A stretch of DNA of 64,000 nt from Patescibacteria group bacterium (GCA_022709735.1 JAKLIG010000001.1:192586-256585), one strand, 5' to 3'; positions 44,650-54,070 are shown, counted from the first letter of the stretch. Program-made: numbers and translations. The notes: generated by a model from the sequence alone, not told the origin.

Positions 44650-45834
44650 ATGGCGTATTTAGGAAACAATTTTGACGCGAGAGAAAAAAATAAAGAGAAG
44701 TTTTATAAAAAGCGATGGTTCAAAATCTTTGTAGTTGTTGTTGTTATTCTGCTTTTGGGTGGAGGAATTTTTGCTTGGAAAACCGGAAGTATATTGAATA
44801 GAATTTCTAAAGGTGGGTTGCTCCAATCGCTGGTTAAAAATATTCCAGGAGTTTCAAACGAACTTAAGGGTGAAAAAGAAGGCAGAATTAATGTTTTGCT
44901 TTTAGGCATGCGAGGAGAAAACATTCCCGGAGGAGGGCTTTTGGCGGATACTATTATAGTTGCCAGTATTAATTCTAAGGAAAATAAGGCTTCTATGATT
45001 TCAATTCCGCGCGACTTGTATGTTAACAATCCAGCTTGGGGAAATAAAACTAAAATTAATGCGGTATATGCGGCTGGTGAAGAAAACGGCAAGAAGCAAG
45101 GACTGGAAGAAATGAAAAAAGTTGCGCAGGAAGTAACTGGGTTGCCAATACATTATGCAGCCAGTATAAATTTTGCTGGTTTCAAACAATTGATTGACGC
45201 AATTGGCGGAATTGAAATAACTCTTGAAAAGCCCTTTGAAGAATCGTTGCAATTTAACGAACCGCATGTTTGTGACAGTCGAGTTTTTACCGTTCCGACT
45301 GGAAAGTTTGAAATTAAAAAAAGAAACGGAAGAATTACTGCGCAATATCCTCTTTGCACCAATCCAAACAAAGAATGTGGAGGAAATTTTAAATTGCCAG
45401 CCGGCAAGCAAACACTCAATGGAGATCAAGCGCTTTGCTATGTGAGATCTCGAGTGACTTCCAGCGATTTCGAAAGAGCCAAAAGGCAACAAATAGTAAT
45501 TCAGTTGGTCAAGGATAAAATGTTAAGCGTTGGAACGCTTACGGATTTTTCAAAAGTGAATGCAATGCTTAATGCTCTGGGAGATAATGTTCGAATGGAT
45601 ATGCAACTTTGGGAAATGCAAAAGGGCTATGAACTTTATAAGACTGCTTCTAATTTGCAAATTTATCAGAGAGTTTTGGAAAACAGCGAGGAAGGTTTGC
45701 TATATAATCCGACTGATATGCCAAAAGAAGTTGGTTATATCCTTTTGCCAATTGGCGGAAATTATGATCGCATTCATGAAATGGCAAAAAATATTTTCAC
45801 TCTTCCAGCCCAGTCGGATATAAAGCCGAAATAG
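44650..45834 (+). CDS. LytR-CpsA-Psr (LCP) family glycopolymer transferase
   Basis: 394 aa. N-terminal TM. RINVLLLGMRGEN...LADTIIVASIN...ASMISIPRDLYV is the canonical LCP core. Confidence 0.85.
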   Translation: MAYLGNNFDAREKNKEKFYKKRWFKIFVVVVVILLLGGGIFAWKTGSILNRISKGGLLQSLVKNIPGVSNELKGEKEGRINVLLLGMRGENIPGGGLLADTIIVASINSKENKASMISIPRDLYVNNPAWGNKTKINAVYAAGEENGKKQGLEEMKKVAQEVTGLPIHYAASINFAGFKQLIDAIGGIEITLEKPFEESLQFNEPHVCDSRVFTVPTGKFEIKKRNGRITAQYPLCTNPNKECGGNFKLPAGKQTLNGDQALCYVRSRVTSSDFERAKRQQIVIQLVKDKMLSVGTLTDFSKVNAMLNALGDNVRMDMQLWEMQKGYELYKTASNLQIYQRVLENSEEGLLYNPTDMPKEVGYILLPIGGNYDRIHEMAKNIFTLPAQSDIKPK

Positions 45835-45853
45835 GCGCAGAGAAAATTAATAT

Positions 45854-46663
45854 ATGGAACTATCCATAATTATTACTAGCTATAAAAACCCCGAGCTTCT
45901 CAAGGTTTGTATTGATTCAATCAAGAATAATCTTGCGTTGGATGGTTTTGAAATAATTGTGGCGGATAGCGCGACGGAAGAAAAAACAGAAATGATGATG
46001 AGGGAGGATTATCCTGAAATAAAATTTATTCCATCCAAGAAGAATATCGGGTTTGGAGCATTAGTGCGCAATGGTTATGAAATTTCCAATGGCAGATATG
46101 TCTTGATTATTAATGGTGATGTTATAATTAAGAAAAACTCCATTGAGAAACTTCTTGAATATATAAAAAACAATTTGAACATTGGAATTGTCGGGCCGAA
46201 GCTTTTGGGTTTTGATGAAAAACTTCAATTCTCTTGTTTTAGATACTATACGCCTTTTACTGTAATTTATCGGCGGACATTTTTAGGAAAACTGAAAATC
46301 GGCCAAAAGCATATAGATAATTTTTTAATGAAAGAATTTGATCATAAAAGTATCCGTGAGGTTGATTGGATCCAGGGCTCAGCTATGCTGACAAGCAGAG
46401 AAGCTATTTCCAAAGTAGGCTTAATAGATCAAAAGTTTAAAATGTATTTTGAAGATGTAGATTGGTGCCGGAGATTTTGGGAAAATAATTACAAAGTAAT
46501 TTATTTTCCGGATTCAGAAATGTATCATTATCATGGACGCGGAAGCGCCGGGAGAAGTGTTATTAAGTCTTTGATTTCCAATTATCTCACTTGGTGGCAT
46601 ATCAAAAGTGCGCTGGTATATTTTTGGAAATATTGGGGGAAACCTCTGCCAAAACATAACTAG
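45854..46663 (+). CDS. Glycosyltransferase family 2
   Basis: 269 aa. LSIIITSYKNPELLKVCIDSI, IVADSATEE, INGDV (DxD-like). Confidence 0.75.
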   Translation: MELSIIITSYKNPELLKVCIDSIKNNLALDGFEIIVADSATEEKTEMMMREDYPEIKFIPSKKNIGFGALVRNGYEISNGRYVLIINGDVIIKKNSIEKLLEYIKNNLNIGIVGPKLLGFDEKLQFSCFRYYTPFTVIYRRTFLGKLKIGQKHIDNFLMKEFDHKSIREVDWIQGSAMLTSREAISKVGLIDQKFKMYFEDVDWCRRFWENNYKVIYFPDSEMYHYHGRGSAGRSVIKSLISNYLTWWHIKSALVYFWKYWGKPLPKHN

Positions 46664-46674
46664 GAAAATTTATT

Positions 46675-47991
46675 ATGGATCAAGAAAATTTTAAGGAAGA
46701 AATAAATAAGGAAATATCAGAAGATAAAGAAAAGCAAGAAAAAGAAAATCTGGAGAAAAATCTCCGGCTTTTTAAAAAGTATTCTATTTTTTTAGTTTTT
46801 ATTTTTCTTTTCGTCGGCAGTTTTTACTGGGGTTATAAAAAAGGCCAAAATAGCATTCTTTCAGAAAATAAAAAAGTTTCCCTAGAAACAGCCATCGTTG
46901 AAAATAAAATATCATCGCAAAATGAGAAAGTTGATTTTTCTCTTTTTTGGAAAGTGTGGGATCTCCTCAAGGAAAAACATGTTGACAAGGATAAATTAGA
47001 CGCGCAAAAAATGGTCTACGGAGCGATTAATGGAATGCTTTCTTCAACTGGCGATCCTTATTCGAGTTTTCTTGATCCCAAAGAAAGCAAGGCTCTTTCT
47101 GAAGATATTTCTGGATCGTTTGATGGAATAGGCGCGGAGCTAGGAATAAAGGATGAAATTTTGACGATAATTGCTCCGCTAGATGGTTCTCCGGCGCAAA
47201 AAGCTGGGCTTCGCTCGGGTGATAAAATTTTGAAAATTGACGAAAAATCATCGCTGGATTTGACAATTGATCAAGCGGTGGATCTTATACGAGGGAAAAA
47301 GGGGACTTCAGTCAAGCTTACAATTCTTCATGAAGGCGACCAAGAAACTATTGATATTTCGATAGTTAGAGAAACAATAAAATTAGACAGCGCCAAAGTT
47401 GAATTTAAGGACGACGGAATTGCTTATTTTAGAATAATTAAATTTTCTGACGATGTTGATGTGCAATTTAATGTTGCTATGAATAAGATAATTTCTGCCA
47501 AAAGCAAAGGAATAATTTTAGATCTTCGCGACAATCCCGGCGGACTTTTAGATAAGTCGGTAGTAGTGGCTAGCAGGCTGATTCCAAAAGGTAAAATTGT
47601 TGTTTCGGAAGAAGATAGTAGCGGGAAAAAAGAAAATCTTTATACGACCGGCGGAGATAAATTAAGTTCAATTCCAACTGTGGTGCTGATAAACGGTGGA
47701 AGCGCCAGCGCCTCGGAAATTTTAGCAGGAGCGCTTCGAGATAATCAGAAAATAACTTTGATTGGAGAAAAAACTTTTGGGAAAGGAAGTGTTCAACAGC
47801 TGATGGATTTGGCTGGCGGATCAAGCGTAAAAATTACCGTGGCCAAATGGCTCACACCAAACGGCGATTATATTATGGACAAAGGAATTTCTCCGGATAT
47901 TGAAGTTAAAATGACTAATGACGATTACAAAAATAAACTTGACCCGCAACTTGACAAAGCGCTGGAAGTGATAAAAGATAAAATTAAATAA
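46675..47991 (+). CDS. ctpA: S41 family carboxy-terminal processing protease with PDZ domain
   Basis: 438 aa. N-terminal TM. PDZ GSPAQKAGLRSGDKILKID. Catalytic region VLINGGSASASEILAGALRD (Ser) and TFGKGSVQ (Lys). Confidence 0.85.
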   Translation: MDQENFKEEINKEISEDKEKQEKENLEKNLRLFKKYSIFLVFIFLFVGSFYWGYKKGQNSILSENKKVSLETAIVENKISSQNEKVDFSLFWKVWDLLKEKHVDKDKLDAQKMVYGAINGMLSSTGDPYSSFLDPKESKALSEDISGSFDGIGAELGIKDEILTIIAPLDGSPAQKAGLRSGDKILKIDEKSSLDLTIDQAVDLIRGKKGTSVKLTILHEGDQETIDISIVRETIKLDSAKVEFKDDGIAYFRIIKFSDDVDVQFNVAMNKIISAKSKGIILDLRDNPGGLLDKSVVVASRLIPKGKIVVSEEDSSGKKENLYTTGGDKLSSIPTVVLINGGSASASEILAGALRDNQKITLIGEKTFGKGSVQQLMDLAGGSSVKITVAKWLTPNGDYIMDKGISPDIEVKMTNDDYKNKLDPQLDKALEVIKDKIK

Positions 47992-47995
47992 ATTT

Positions 47996-48436
47996 ATGAA
48001 AATAATTTTACTCCAAGACATAAAAAATTTAGGCAAAAAAGGAGATGTAAAAGAAGTGGCGGAAGGATATGCCCAGAATTTTTTGATGCCAAAAAAACTA
48101 GCGGAAATTGCGACTGAAGGCGCTATAAAAAAAGCTGAGATTCAGAAGGAAAAAGAAAAAAGCGCCAAAATGGCAGAGATGGAAGAACTGAAAAATCTTG
48201 CGAATAAACTAAAAAACAAGAAAATCAGCATATCTGCCAAGGAAAAAGGCGGAAAGCTTTTTGGGTCAATAACCGCCAAGAATATCGAGGCAGAACTAAA
48301 AAAAGAAGGCTTGAATATTTTACCTTCTTCAATTATAATTAAGGAGGCGATAAAGAAAGTTGGTGAATATGAAATCGAGATAAAATTATCGGAAGAAATC
48401 AAAGAAAAAATTAGAGTGGAAATTAAAGGGGCATAA
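47996..48436 (+). CDS. rplI: 50S ribosomal protein L9
   Basis: 146 aa. MKIILLQDIKNLGKKGDVKEVAEGYAQNFLMPKKLA is the canonical L9 N-domain. Confidence 0.92.
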   Translation: MKIILLQDIKNLGKKGDVKEVAEGYAQNFLMPKKLAEIATEGAIKKAEIQKEKEKSAKMAEMEELKNLANKLKNKKISISAKEKGGKLFGSITAKNIEAELKKEGLNILPSSIIIKEAIKKVGEYEIEIKLSEEIKEKIRVEIKGA

Positions 48437-48465
48437 TTTTCAAAAAGCAATTTTAATAAATTATT

Positions 48466-48492
48466 TGGGGGTCGCGATTTCGCGACTTTTAT
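48466..48492 (+). terminator. Rho-independent terminator after rplI
   Basis: gggggtcgcga-ttt-cgcgac followed by ttttat. Perfect 7-bp GC-rich stem. Confidence 0.7.
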
Positions 48493-48496
48493 AATT

Positions 48497-50137
48497 ATGA
48501 AAAACAGAAAATATATTTTTGTTGTTGGGGGAGTGATGAGTGGAGTGGGGAAGGGTATAACAACTTCGGCGATCGGTGCAATTCTTCAAGCGCGTGGATT
48601 TAATGTGACAGCATTAAAAATTGATCCATATATCAATGTGGACGCTGGCACAATGAATCCAACGGAACACGGCGAAGTTTTTGTTTTGGATGACGGTGAT
48701 GAAACCGATCAAGACATGGGAAATTATGAAAGATTCTTAAATATCACGCTCTCTCGCAATAATTATATGACAACCGGCCGAGTTTATGAGTCGGTCATTC
48801 ATCGTGAGCGCAATTTGGAATATAACGGAAAATGCGTTCAGGTTGTACCGCATATTCCACTGGAAGTTCTCGATCGAATTGAAAAAGCTTCCAATAAAGT
48901 CAAGTCTGATATCACAGTCGTCGAAATCGGCGGAACCGTCGGAGAATATGAGAACATTCTTTTTTTGGAAGCCATTCGTCTTTTAAAAATAAAAAAGCCG
49001 GAAGATGTCATCACTGTTATGGTGAGCTATTTGCCGATTCCTTCTAAAATTGGAGAAATGAAGACCAAGCCAACCCAGCATGCAGTCAGAACCTTAAATG
49101 GAACTGGAATTCAACCGGATTTTATTATCGCTCGCAGTGAAACTTTTTTGGACAAAAGACGCAAAGAAAAAATTGCTATGTTTTGCAATGTTCCAGAACG
49201 GTATGTAATTTCCGCTCCGGATATTGAAAGTATTTATGAAGTGCCGATAAATTTTGAACGCGATGATTTGAGCCGATTGATTCTCAAAAAACTCGGGCTT
49301 AGTTATAAGAAAACGGATTTAAAAAAATGGTATAATCTTGTGGAGAATATTAAAAATCCCAAAGGAAAAGTTAAAATTGGAATTGTGGGAAAATATTTCG
49401 GAACAGGAGATTTTGTGTTGTCCGATGCCTATATAAGCGTCATTGAAGCTGTGAGACACGCTTGTTATAAGAATAAAGTTAAGCCGGAGATAGATTGGAT
49501 AAACAGTGAATCTTTTGAAAAAGAACCGGAAAAATTGGAGGAACTTAAGAATTATGACGGTGTAATTATTCCAGGAGGATTTGGTTCACGCGGAATTGAA
49601 GGCAAGATAAAAGTAATAGAATTTTTGCGAACCAATAAAATTCCATTTTTTGGGCTTTGTTATGGAATGCAACTCGCTGTTGTTGAATATGCTAGAAATA
49701 TTTTGGGACTCAAAGACGCGAATACTACTGAAATAGACCGAAAAACAAAAAATCCGGTCATTGATATTATACCGGAGCAAAAGAAAAATTTGGAAGACAA
49801 AAATTATGGAGCGACGATGAGGCTTGGTGCTTATCCGGCCGTTCTCAAAAAAGGAACGATAGCGCAGGAAGCTTATGGGAAGAATAAAATTTCCGAGAGG
49901 CATAGACATCGCTGGGAAGTCAATCCGGAGTATATTTCAAAATTGGAAAAAGCCGGTCTGATTTTTTCTGGAATTTCGCCGGATCGAAAACTTATGGAAA
50001 TTACCGAGCTTCCAAAAAACATTCACCCGTTTTTTCTTGGAGTGCAATTTCATCCGGAATTTAAATCCAATCCGATCGATTCACATCCTTTATTTTTTGA
50101 ATTTGTAAAAGCGAGCTACGCGCGAAATAAAAAATAG
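48497..50137 (+). CDS. pyrG: CTP synthase
   Basis: 546 aa. KYIFVVGGVMSGVGKGI N-terminus. Glutamine amidotransferase domain GLCYGMQLAV, HPEF. Confidence 0.95.
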   Translation: MKNRKYIFVVGGVMSGVGKGITTSAIGAILQARGFNVTALKIDPYINVDAGTMNPTEHGEVFVLDDGDETDQDMGNYERFLNITLSRNNYMTTGRVYESVIHRERNLEYNGKCVQVVPHIPLEVLDRIEKASNKVKSDITVVEIGGTVGEYENILFLEAIRLLKIKKPEDVITVMVSYLPIPSKIGEMKTKPTQHAVRTLNGTGIQPDFIIARSETFLDKRRKEKIAMFCNVPERYVISAPDIESIYEVPINFERDDLSRLILKKLGLSYKKTDLKKWYNLVENIKNPKGKVKIGIVGKYFGTGDFVLSDAYISVIEAVRHACYKNKVKPEIDWINSESFEKEPEKLEELKNYDGVIIPGGFGSRGIEGKIKVIEFLRTNKIPFFGLCYGMQLAVVEYARNILGLKDANTTEIDRKTKNPVIDIIPEQKKNLEDKNYGATMRLGAYPAVLKKGTIAQEAYGKNKISERHRHRWEVNPEYISKLEKAGLIFSGISPDRKLMEITELPKNIHPFFLGVQFHPEFKSNPIDSHPLFFEFVKASYARNKK

Positions 50138-50154
50138 TTTAAAACTTTAGGAAT

Positions 50155-50188
50155 AAAAAACGAGCCTTTAATCTGGTTCGTTTTTTTA
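50155..50188. terminator. Bidirectional terminator between convergent pyrG and rpmA
   Basis: aaaaaacgagcc-tttaatct-ggttcgttttttt. The stem is flanked by an A-tract and a T-tract. Confidence 0.65.
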
Positions 50189-50219
50189 GTTGATATTCGT
50201 TGTATTGTATTTTTCGCGT

Positions 50220-50492
50220 CTATTCCACTGAAACAAATTTCTTTTCAATCATTTTTCCGGTAAAGCGTCTGATTTTTTTAGAAGTAAATTTTACCACGCC
50301 TTCTTTCATAGCAAAGAGCGTGTCGTCTTCTCCGCGTTTAACATTTTTTCCGGGTCCGTATTTTGTTCCTCTTTGGCGAACGATAATTTGCCCTGGTTTT
50401 ACTTTTTCTCCAGCAAATTTTTTAACTCCTAATCTTTTGGAAATTGAATCGCGTCCAAGTTGGGTAGAGCCACCGGCTTTTCTGTGTGCCAT
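50220..50492 (-). CDS. rpmA: 50S ribosomal protein L27
   Basis: 90 aa. [29 protein letters not shown]...[16 protein letters not shown]. Confidence 0.95.
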   Translation of the reverse strand: MAHRKAGGSTQLGRDSISKRLGVKKFAGEKVKPGQIIVRQRGTKYGPGKNVKRGEDDTLFAMKEGVVKFTSKKIRRFTGKMIEKKFVSVE

Positions 50493-50552
50493 ATGTTTAA
50501 GCTGTTATATTATTGAATTATTACTAAATAATCTTACTTTATTTATGATATA

Positions 50553-50981
50553 ATGTCAACAGCTATGAGTGAAAATACGCTAAAAACAAAAACTAAGGAT
50601 TTTTGGCAGAAATATGAATATAAAATAATTCTTTTTTTAGGGTTTATTTTAGTCGCGACAATTTCGTTTGAAGCAGGGATTTTAAAAAGCCAAGGAATGG
50701 AGCAAAACCCGCTGATTATCGAAAAACCGGCTGTGGATAACTCTAGCGGACAAAAGTCTCCAGAAGGCCAAAATTTGCCTTCTGAAGCGAAAAATACCTC
50801 TGATAATGCAAATGCACTAGCTTCAAACTGTGCCTTTTTAGGCTCAAAAAATTCTAATAAATATCATCTACCGACCTGCCGTTATGCTAAGAATATAAAT
50901 CCGAAAAATGTAGTTTGCTTTTCTGATGAAAATCAGGCAAAATCAAAAGGGTATCTGCCGGATAAAAATTGTATTAAATAA
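50553..50981 (+). CDS. Anchored protein with C-terminal Cys4 'KYH-x-P-x-C ... GY-x-P-x-x-C' metal-binding-like domain
   Basis: 142 aa. TM IILFLGFILVATISF, S/N/Q-rich linker, then CAFLGSKNSNKYHLPTCRYAKNINPKNVVCFSDENQAKSKGYLPDKNC. Confidence 0.45.
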   Translation: MSTAMSENTLKTKTKDFWQKYEYKIILFLGFILVATISFEAGILKSQGMEQNPLIIEKPAVDNSSGQKSPEGQNLPSEAKNTSDNANALASNCAFLGSKNSNKYHLPTCRYAKNINPKNVVCFSDENQAKSKGYLPDKNCIK

Positions 50982-50984
50982 AAT

Positions 50985-51686
50985 ATGAAAAATAATATTA
51001 TCGTAATTTCTCTTGGAGGATCGCTAATTGTTCCGAAACAAATTGATTGGCAATTTTTGAAAAAATTCCGGGAGCTCATAATCTCTGAAATTGCAAAAGG
51101 AAAAAGATTTGCCATCATTACTGGCGGGGGATATACTTGTCGGGAATATCAGCAAGCTGCTACAAAAGTTACCAACCTTACAAAGGATGACAGAGATTGG
51201 CTAGGGATTCACACGAGCCGATTAAATGCTCATCTTATCAAAACAATTTTCAGGAAATATGCTAATCCGAGAATTAATAAAAATCCGCGGACCAAAGAAG
51301 ATTTGACGAAAAGTTTTTCAAAGGGCGAGGGAATTATGGTCGCAGCCGGCTGGCGTCCAGGTTGGTCAACGGATTATGTTGCTACAATTATTGCGGAAAG
51401 GCTTGGCGCAAAAAAACTGATCAATCTTTCTAATATCAAATACGCTTGCGACAAGGATCCGAAAAAACATAAAGACGCAAAAATAATCAAAGAAATTAAC
51501 TGGAAAAATTTTCGGAAAATTGTTGGCAATGTTTGGGATCCGGGAATGAATCTGCCCTTTGATCCAGTGGCTTCAAAACTCGCCGAAAAAATAAATCTGG
51601 AAGTTATCATCACTGAAGGCAAAAATATTGAGAATTTGAGAAATATTTTGGAAGAAAAAAAGTTTTTAGGGACGGTAATAAAATAA
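50985..51686 (+). CDS. pyrH: UMP kinase, archaeal-type (amino-acid-kinase fold)
   Basis: 233 aa. IIVISLGGSLIVP, IITGGGYTCREYQQAA, GIHTSRLNAHLI, AGWRPGWSTDYVATIIAE and DPVASKLAEKINLEVIIT align colinearly with archaeal PyrH. Confidence 0.75.
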   Translation: MKNNIIVISLGGSLIVPKQIDWQFLKKFRELIISEIAKGKRFAIITGGGYTCREYQQAATKVTNLTKDDRDWLGIHTSRLNAHLIKTIFRKYANPRINKNPRTKEDLTKSFSKGEGIMVAAGWRPGWSTDYVATIIAERLGAKKLINLSNIKYACDKDPKKHKDAKIIKEINWKNFRKIVGNVWDPGMNLPFDPVASKLAEKINLEVIITEGKNIENLRNILEEKKFLGTVIK

Positions 51687-51786
51687 TAAAAAGATTATTT
51701 GATTTGACAGTCTTTTTTTATTTTGCTTGAATGTAATACTAATGAGCATATAAACAATAATTGTCTAAATAACAAAAGGAGAAATC

Positions 51787-51972
51787 ATGAAAGCTAAAAT
51801 TAGAGAAGTTTTCAAGGAATACGTAGAAACTGCAACCGAACTCACTCTTTATCGATCGAACGCTATGGATCCTGCTTATTATAACAGAGCTAGGGTCGAA
51901 AAGCTTACTGTTCGGCATAAGGAGCTGAGTGACTTACTGTCTAATTGCGAAACGGAAATTGAACTTTTATAA
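51787..51972 (+). CDS. Small hypothetical protein
   Basis: 61 aa. Strong RBS aaaggag 5 nt before the ATG. Upstream ttgaca-like -35. Followed by a hairpin terminator. Confidence 0.45.
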   Translation: MKAKIREVFKEYVETATELTLYRSNAMDPAYYNRARVEKLTVRHKELSDLLSNCETEIELL

Positions 51973-52005
51973 ATGATTTTTTGAAAATTCAAGAAATTAA
52001 TTCTT

Positions 52006-52038
52006 AAGGCATCCAGTTGGAAACTGCGTATGCCTTTT
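52006..52038. terminator. Hairpin terminator between convergent genes
   Basis: aaggcat-ccagttggaaactgcgt-atgcctttt. Confidence 0.55.
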
Positions 52039-52041
52039 AAA

Positions 52042-52491
52042 TTACTTAAATTCTATTTTATTATACTTCAACAAAAAATAAATCAAAAAATAAAAAACTA
52101 AGGCGATTGCGCCGGCGGTGATGACGAAGCCGATAATGAGGGGTAAAAGCAAATCGAGAAAAATAATTTTGCTAAAAAAGAACTTGAGGCCAAGGTGATA
52201 TGTTGCGTGAAAATTATTTATTAAATCCTTAGCATTAGTTTTAAAAATAAAAGCGCCAACTCCAGCAGAAAAAGGCAAAACTAAAATCGTCATCCACATA
52301 TTAGTGGCTAAAACCCCAGCAGTTGCAGAAAGCCGATTTAGACGAAAAATTGATGCTAGAATAAGGGTTGTGAGCACGCCTTCTCCTGGAGTAATGCCCA
52401 AAAAAATTCCTAACGCTGCGCCACCGGCAATTTTGTGGGGCGTGTCATTAATAAGAAAGAATTGTTTGAGGAAGGTTTTGAGTTGGTGCAT
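52042..52491 (-). CDS. DUF2062-like small membrane protein
   Basis: 149 aa. IAGGAALGIFLGITPGEG glycine-rich N-terminal motif plus 3-4 TM helices. Confidence 0.45.
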   Translation of the reverse strand: MHQLKTFLKQFFLINDTPHKIAGGAALGIFLGITPGEGVLTTLILASIFRLNRLSATAGVLATNMWMTILVLPFSAGVGAFIFKTNAKDLINNFHATYHLGLKFFFSKIIFLDLLLPLIIGFVITAGAIALVFYFLIYFLLKYNKIEFK

Positions 52492-52505
52492 ATTGTTTAA
52501 TATCT

Positions 52506-52532
52506 GTCATTGCGAGCGTAGCGAAGCAATCT
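52506..52532. repeat. Half-copy of the 'gtcattgcgagcg(t/a)agcgaagcaatct' palindromic repeat
   Basis: gtcattgcgagcgtagcgaagcaatct immediately 3' of the GIY-YIG gene. Matches the left half of the 52828-52891 element at 26/27 positions. Confidence 0.7.
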
Positions 52533-52536
52533 TATT

Positions 52537-52818
52537 TTAAAAAGTTAATTCTTTAAATTCAGGATTAATGCTTTTAATTAAATCGATTTTCTTTTGCCTC
52601 GAACCTGCTTTAATTTTCTTTTCAGCCATTAAAGCATAATTAATATTTTCAAAACATTCAGCAAATACCAACTTATCAACATTATATTTCTGTGTAAAAC
52701 CTTTAATTATTTTGCTTTTGTGTTCTTCTATTCTTCTGAATAAATTGCTAGTAACCCCCGTATATAAAACTGTGTTTCTTTTATTGGTCATTATATAAAT
52801 CCAGTATTGTTTTGACAT
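52537..52818 (-). CDS. GIY-YIG nuclease-family protein (COG2827-like)
   Basis: MSKQYWIYIMTNKRNTVLYTGVTSNLFRRIEEHK (GIY..YTG/YIG and R..EH motifs). Start reassigned to the internal ATG at about 52818, because the longer ORF (to 52887) is translation of the upstream palindrome (..SRLLRFARNDK..). Confidence 0.7.
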   Translation of the reverse strand: MSKQYWIYIMTNKRNTVLYTGVTSNLFRRIEEHKSKIIKGFTQKYNVDKLVFAECFENINYALMAEKKIKAGSRQKKIDLIKSINPEFKELTF

Positions 52819-52827
52819 TATATTTTT

Positions 52828-52891
52828 GTCATTGCGAGCGAAGCGAAGCAATCTCGAGATTGCCACGGTCGCTACGCTCCCTCGCAATGAC
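52828..52891. repeat. 64-nt compound palindromic element immediately upstream of the GIY-YIG gene
   Basis: gtcattgcgagcgaagcgaagcaatctcgagattgccacggtcgctacgctccctcgcaatgac. Outer arms gtcattgcgag/ctcgcaatgac and inner palindrome gcaatctcgagattgc. Confidence 0.75.
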
Positions 52892-52894
52892 AGG

Positions 52895-54019
52895 TTACTT
52901 TTTTTTCACGCTTAAGCTTTTAGTTTCTTTGTCTACAACTTTAGCTTTTTCAATTTCTTTGCGAGCGGAAAAAGGCAAAACGCCCAAAATATTTCGAAGC
53001 GCAATTCCATCAATCTTCAAGATATCTTCCCAATGATTCAGTGGCTCCAAAACTTCACGCAGTTTTTTTTCATCGTATTTATAAGTTTTTCTAAGCGTTT
53101 TGGCAATGACGCCTTGCGGGCCAAAAACCCTTTCCACGCCTTCCTGATCCATATAATTCAAAATATTTTCCTGAAGTTTTCCAAGACGGTCTTTAGTAAT
53201 ATTCATGGCTGACTTGAGATCAATATATTCTGAAATGGCACTATTAACTTCATCCGTATCAATGTGTCGCAGTTCTTTGAATTTATGCTTCCACATCGGA
53301 CAGCGATTTTGATATCCGCACCAGTCGCAAAGAGGTGACATTGTCGGTTCAAATTCGCTAGATTCAATTAATTTTATTGTGTCCAGAAAAAGTTGTTCGC
53401 TTTGTTTCAGTTGCTCCAAAGTTCTAGTAGCAGAAAGTTTTACGCCGTGCTTTAGAAAATATAAGCTAACTTTTATCTTGTCTAGATTTTCAATTTCTTT
53501 GGGATAATTAGAAAGAAAAGCCTTGAGATATACAGAAAGCTGGATATCATTATCCACTTTTTCTTGCGTTGGCATTTTTTTGGTGGTTTTATAGTCAATA
53601 ATTTCAAAGCCGTCTTTCGTTCGGTCAATGCGATCAATAATTCCAGAAATAATGTGCTTATCATCATCGCGACCGATTTCGATTTGAAAGCGCGATTCTA
53701 AATTTACAATATTAAAATCAGCCGGATTATTTTTCTCAAAATAATCCTGAATAATTTTCACTCCCTGTGAAAAAGCGGCTCGTTCTTCGTCCGGTGAATC
53801 AAAAACTGCCGGATTCCAAGAATTGGAAAAATGTTCCATGGCCTGGTCCAAGGTAGGGGAGAGAATGCCCGGAGTGTGGATAAATTTCATTGTTTCGTGC
53901 AGGGTCGAGCCAAAAACCGCCTCCTTGGATTTAGGAACCTTAAGCTGGTCAATATTTTGAAATTTATATTTCAGCGGGCAATTTCGATATGTATCGTAGG
54001 CGCTATATGATATACGCAT
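52895..54019 (-). CDS. PD-(D/E)XK nuclease superfamily protein with Cas4/AddB-type Cys4 (Fe-S) cluster
   Basis: 374 aa. N-terminal C (YRNCPLKYKF), GSTLHE, GIIDRID...EIIDYKTTKK (D..ExK), QLSVY, and CDWCGYQNRC (C-x2-C-x5-C). Extra about 130-aa C-terminal extension. Confidence 0.65.
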   Translation of the reverse strand: MRISYSAYDTYRNCPLKYKFQNIDQLKVPKSKEAVFGSTLHETMKFIHTPGILSPTLDQAMEHFSNSWNPAVFDSPDEERAAFSQGVKIIQDYFEKNNPADFNIVNLESRFQIEIGRDDDKHIISGIIDRIDRTKDGFEIIDYKTTKKMPTQEKVDNDIQLSVYLKAFLSNYPKEIENLDKIKVSLYFLKHGVKLSATRTLEQLKQSEQLFLDTIKLIESSEFEPTMSPLCDWCGYQNRCPMWKHKFKELRHIDTDEVNSAISEYIDLKSAMNITKDRLGKLQENILNYMDQEGVERVFGPQGVIAKTLRKTYKYDEKKLREVLEPLNHWEDILKIDGIALRNILGVLPFSARKEIEKAKVVDKETKSLSVKKK

Positions 54020-54070
54020 AAAGTTATTATAACATTCTTGACAGATTATTTCAAAAGAGATAAACTGAAA

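Noticed and set aside
52819-52887. N-terminal 23 codons of the 116-aa ORF call for the GIY-YIG gene (MRGSVATVAISRLLRFARNDKNI)
   Set aside because: This stretch is the translation of the 64-nt palindromic repeat. The GIY-YIG homology begins at the internal Met (MSKQYWIYIMT), so the shorter start was used.
52506-52891. CRISPR array
   Set aside because: There are only two copies of the gtcattgcgag repeat (one full, one half). They are palindromic rather than direct repeats with unique spacers, and no cas genes are present. The Cas4-like nuclease is stand-alone.
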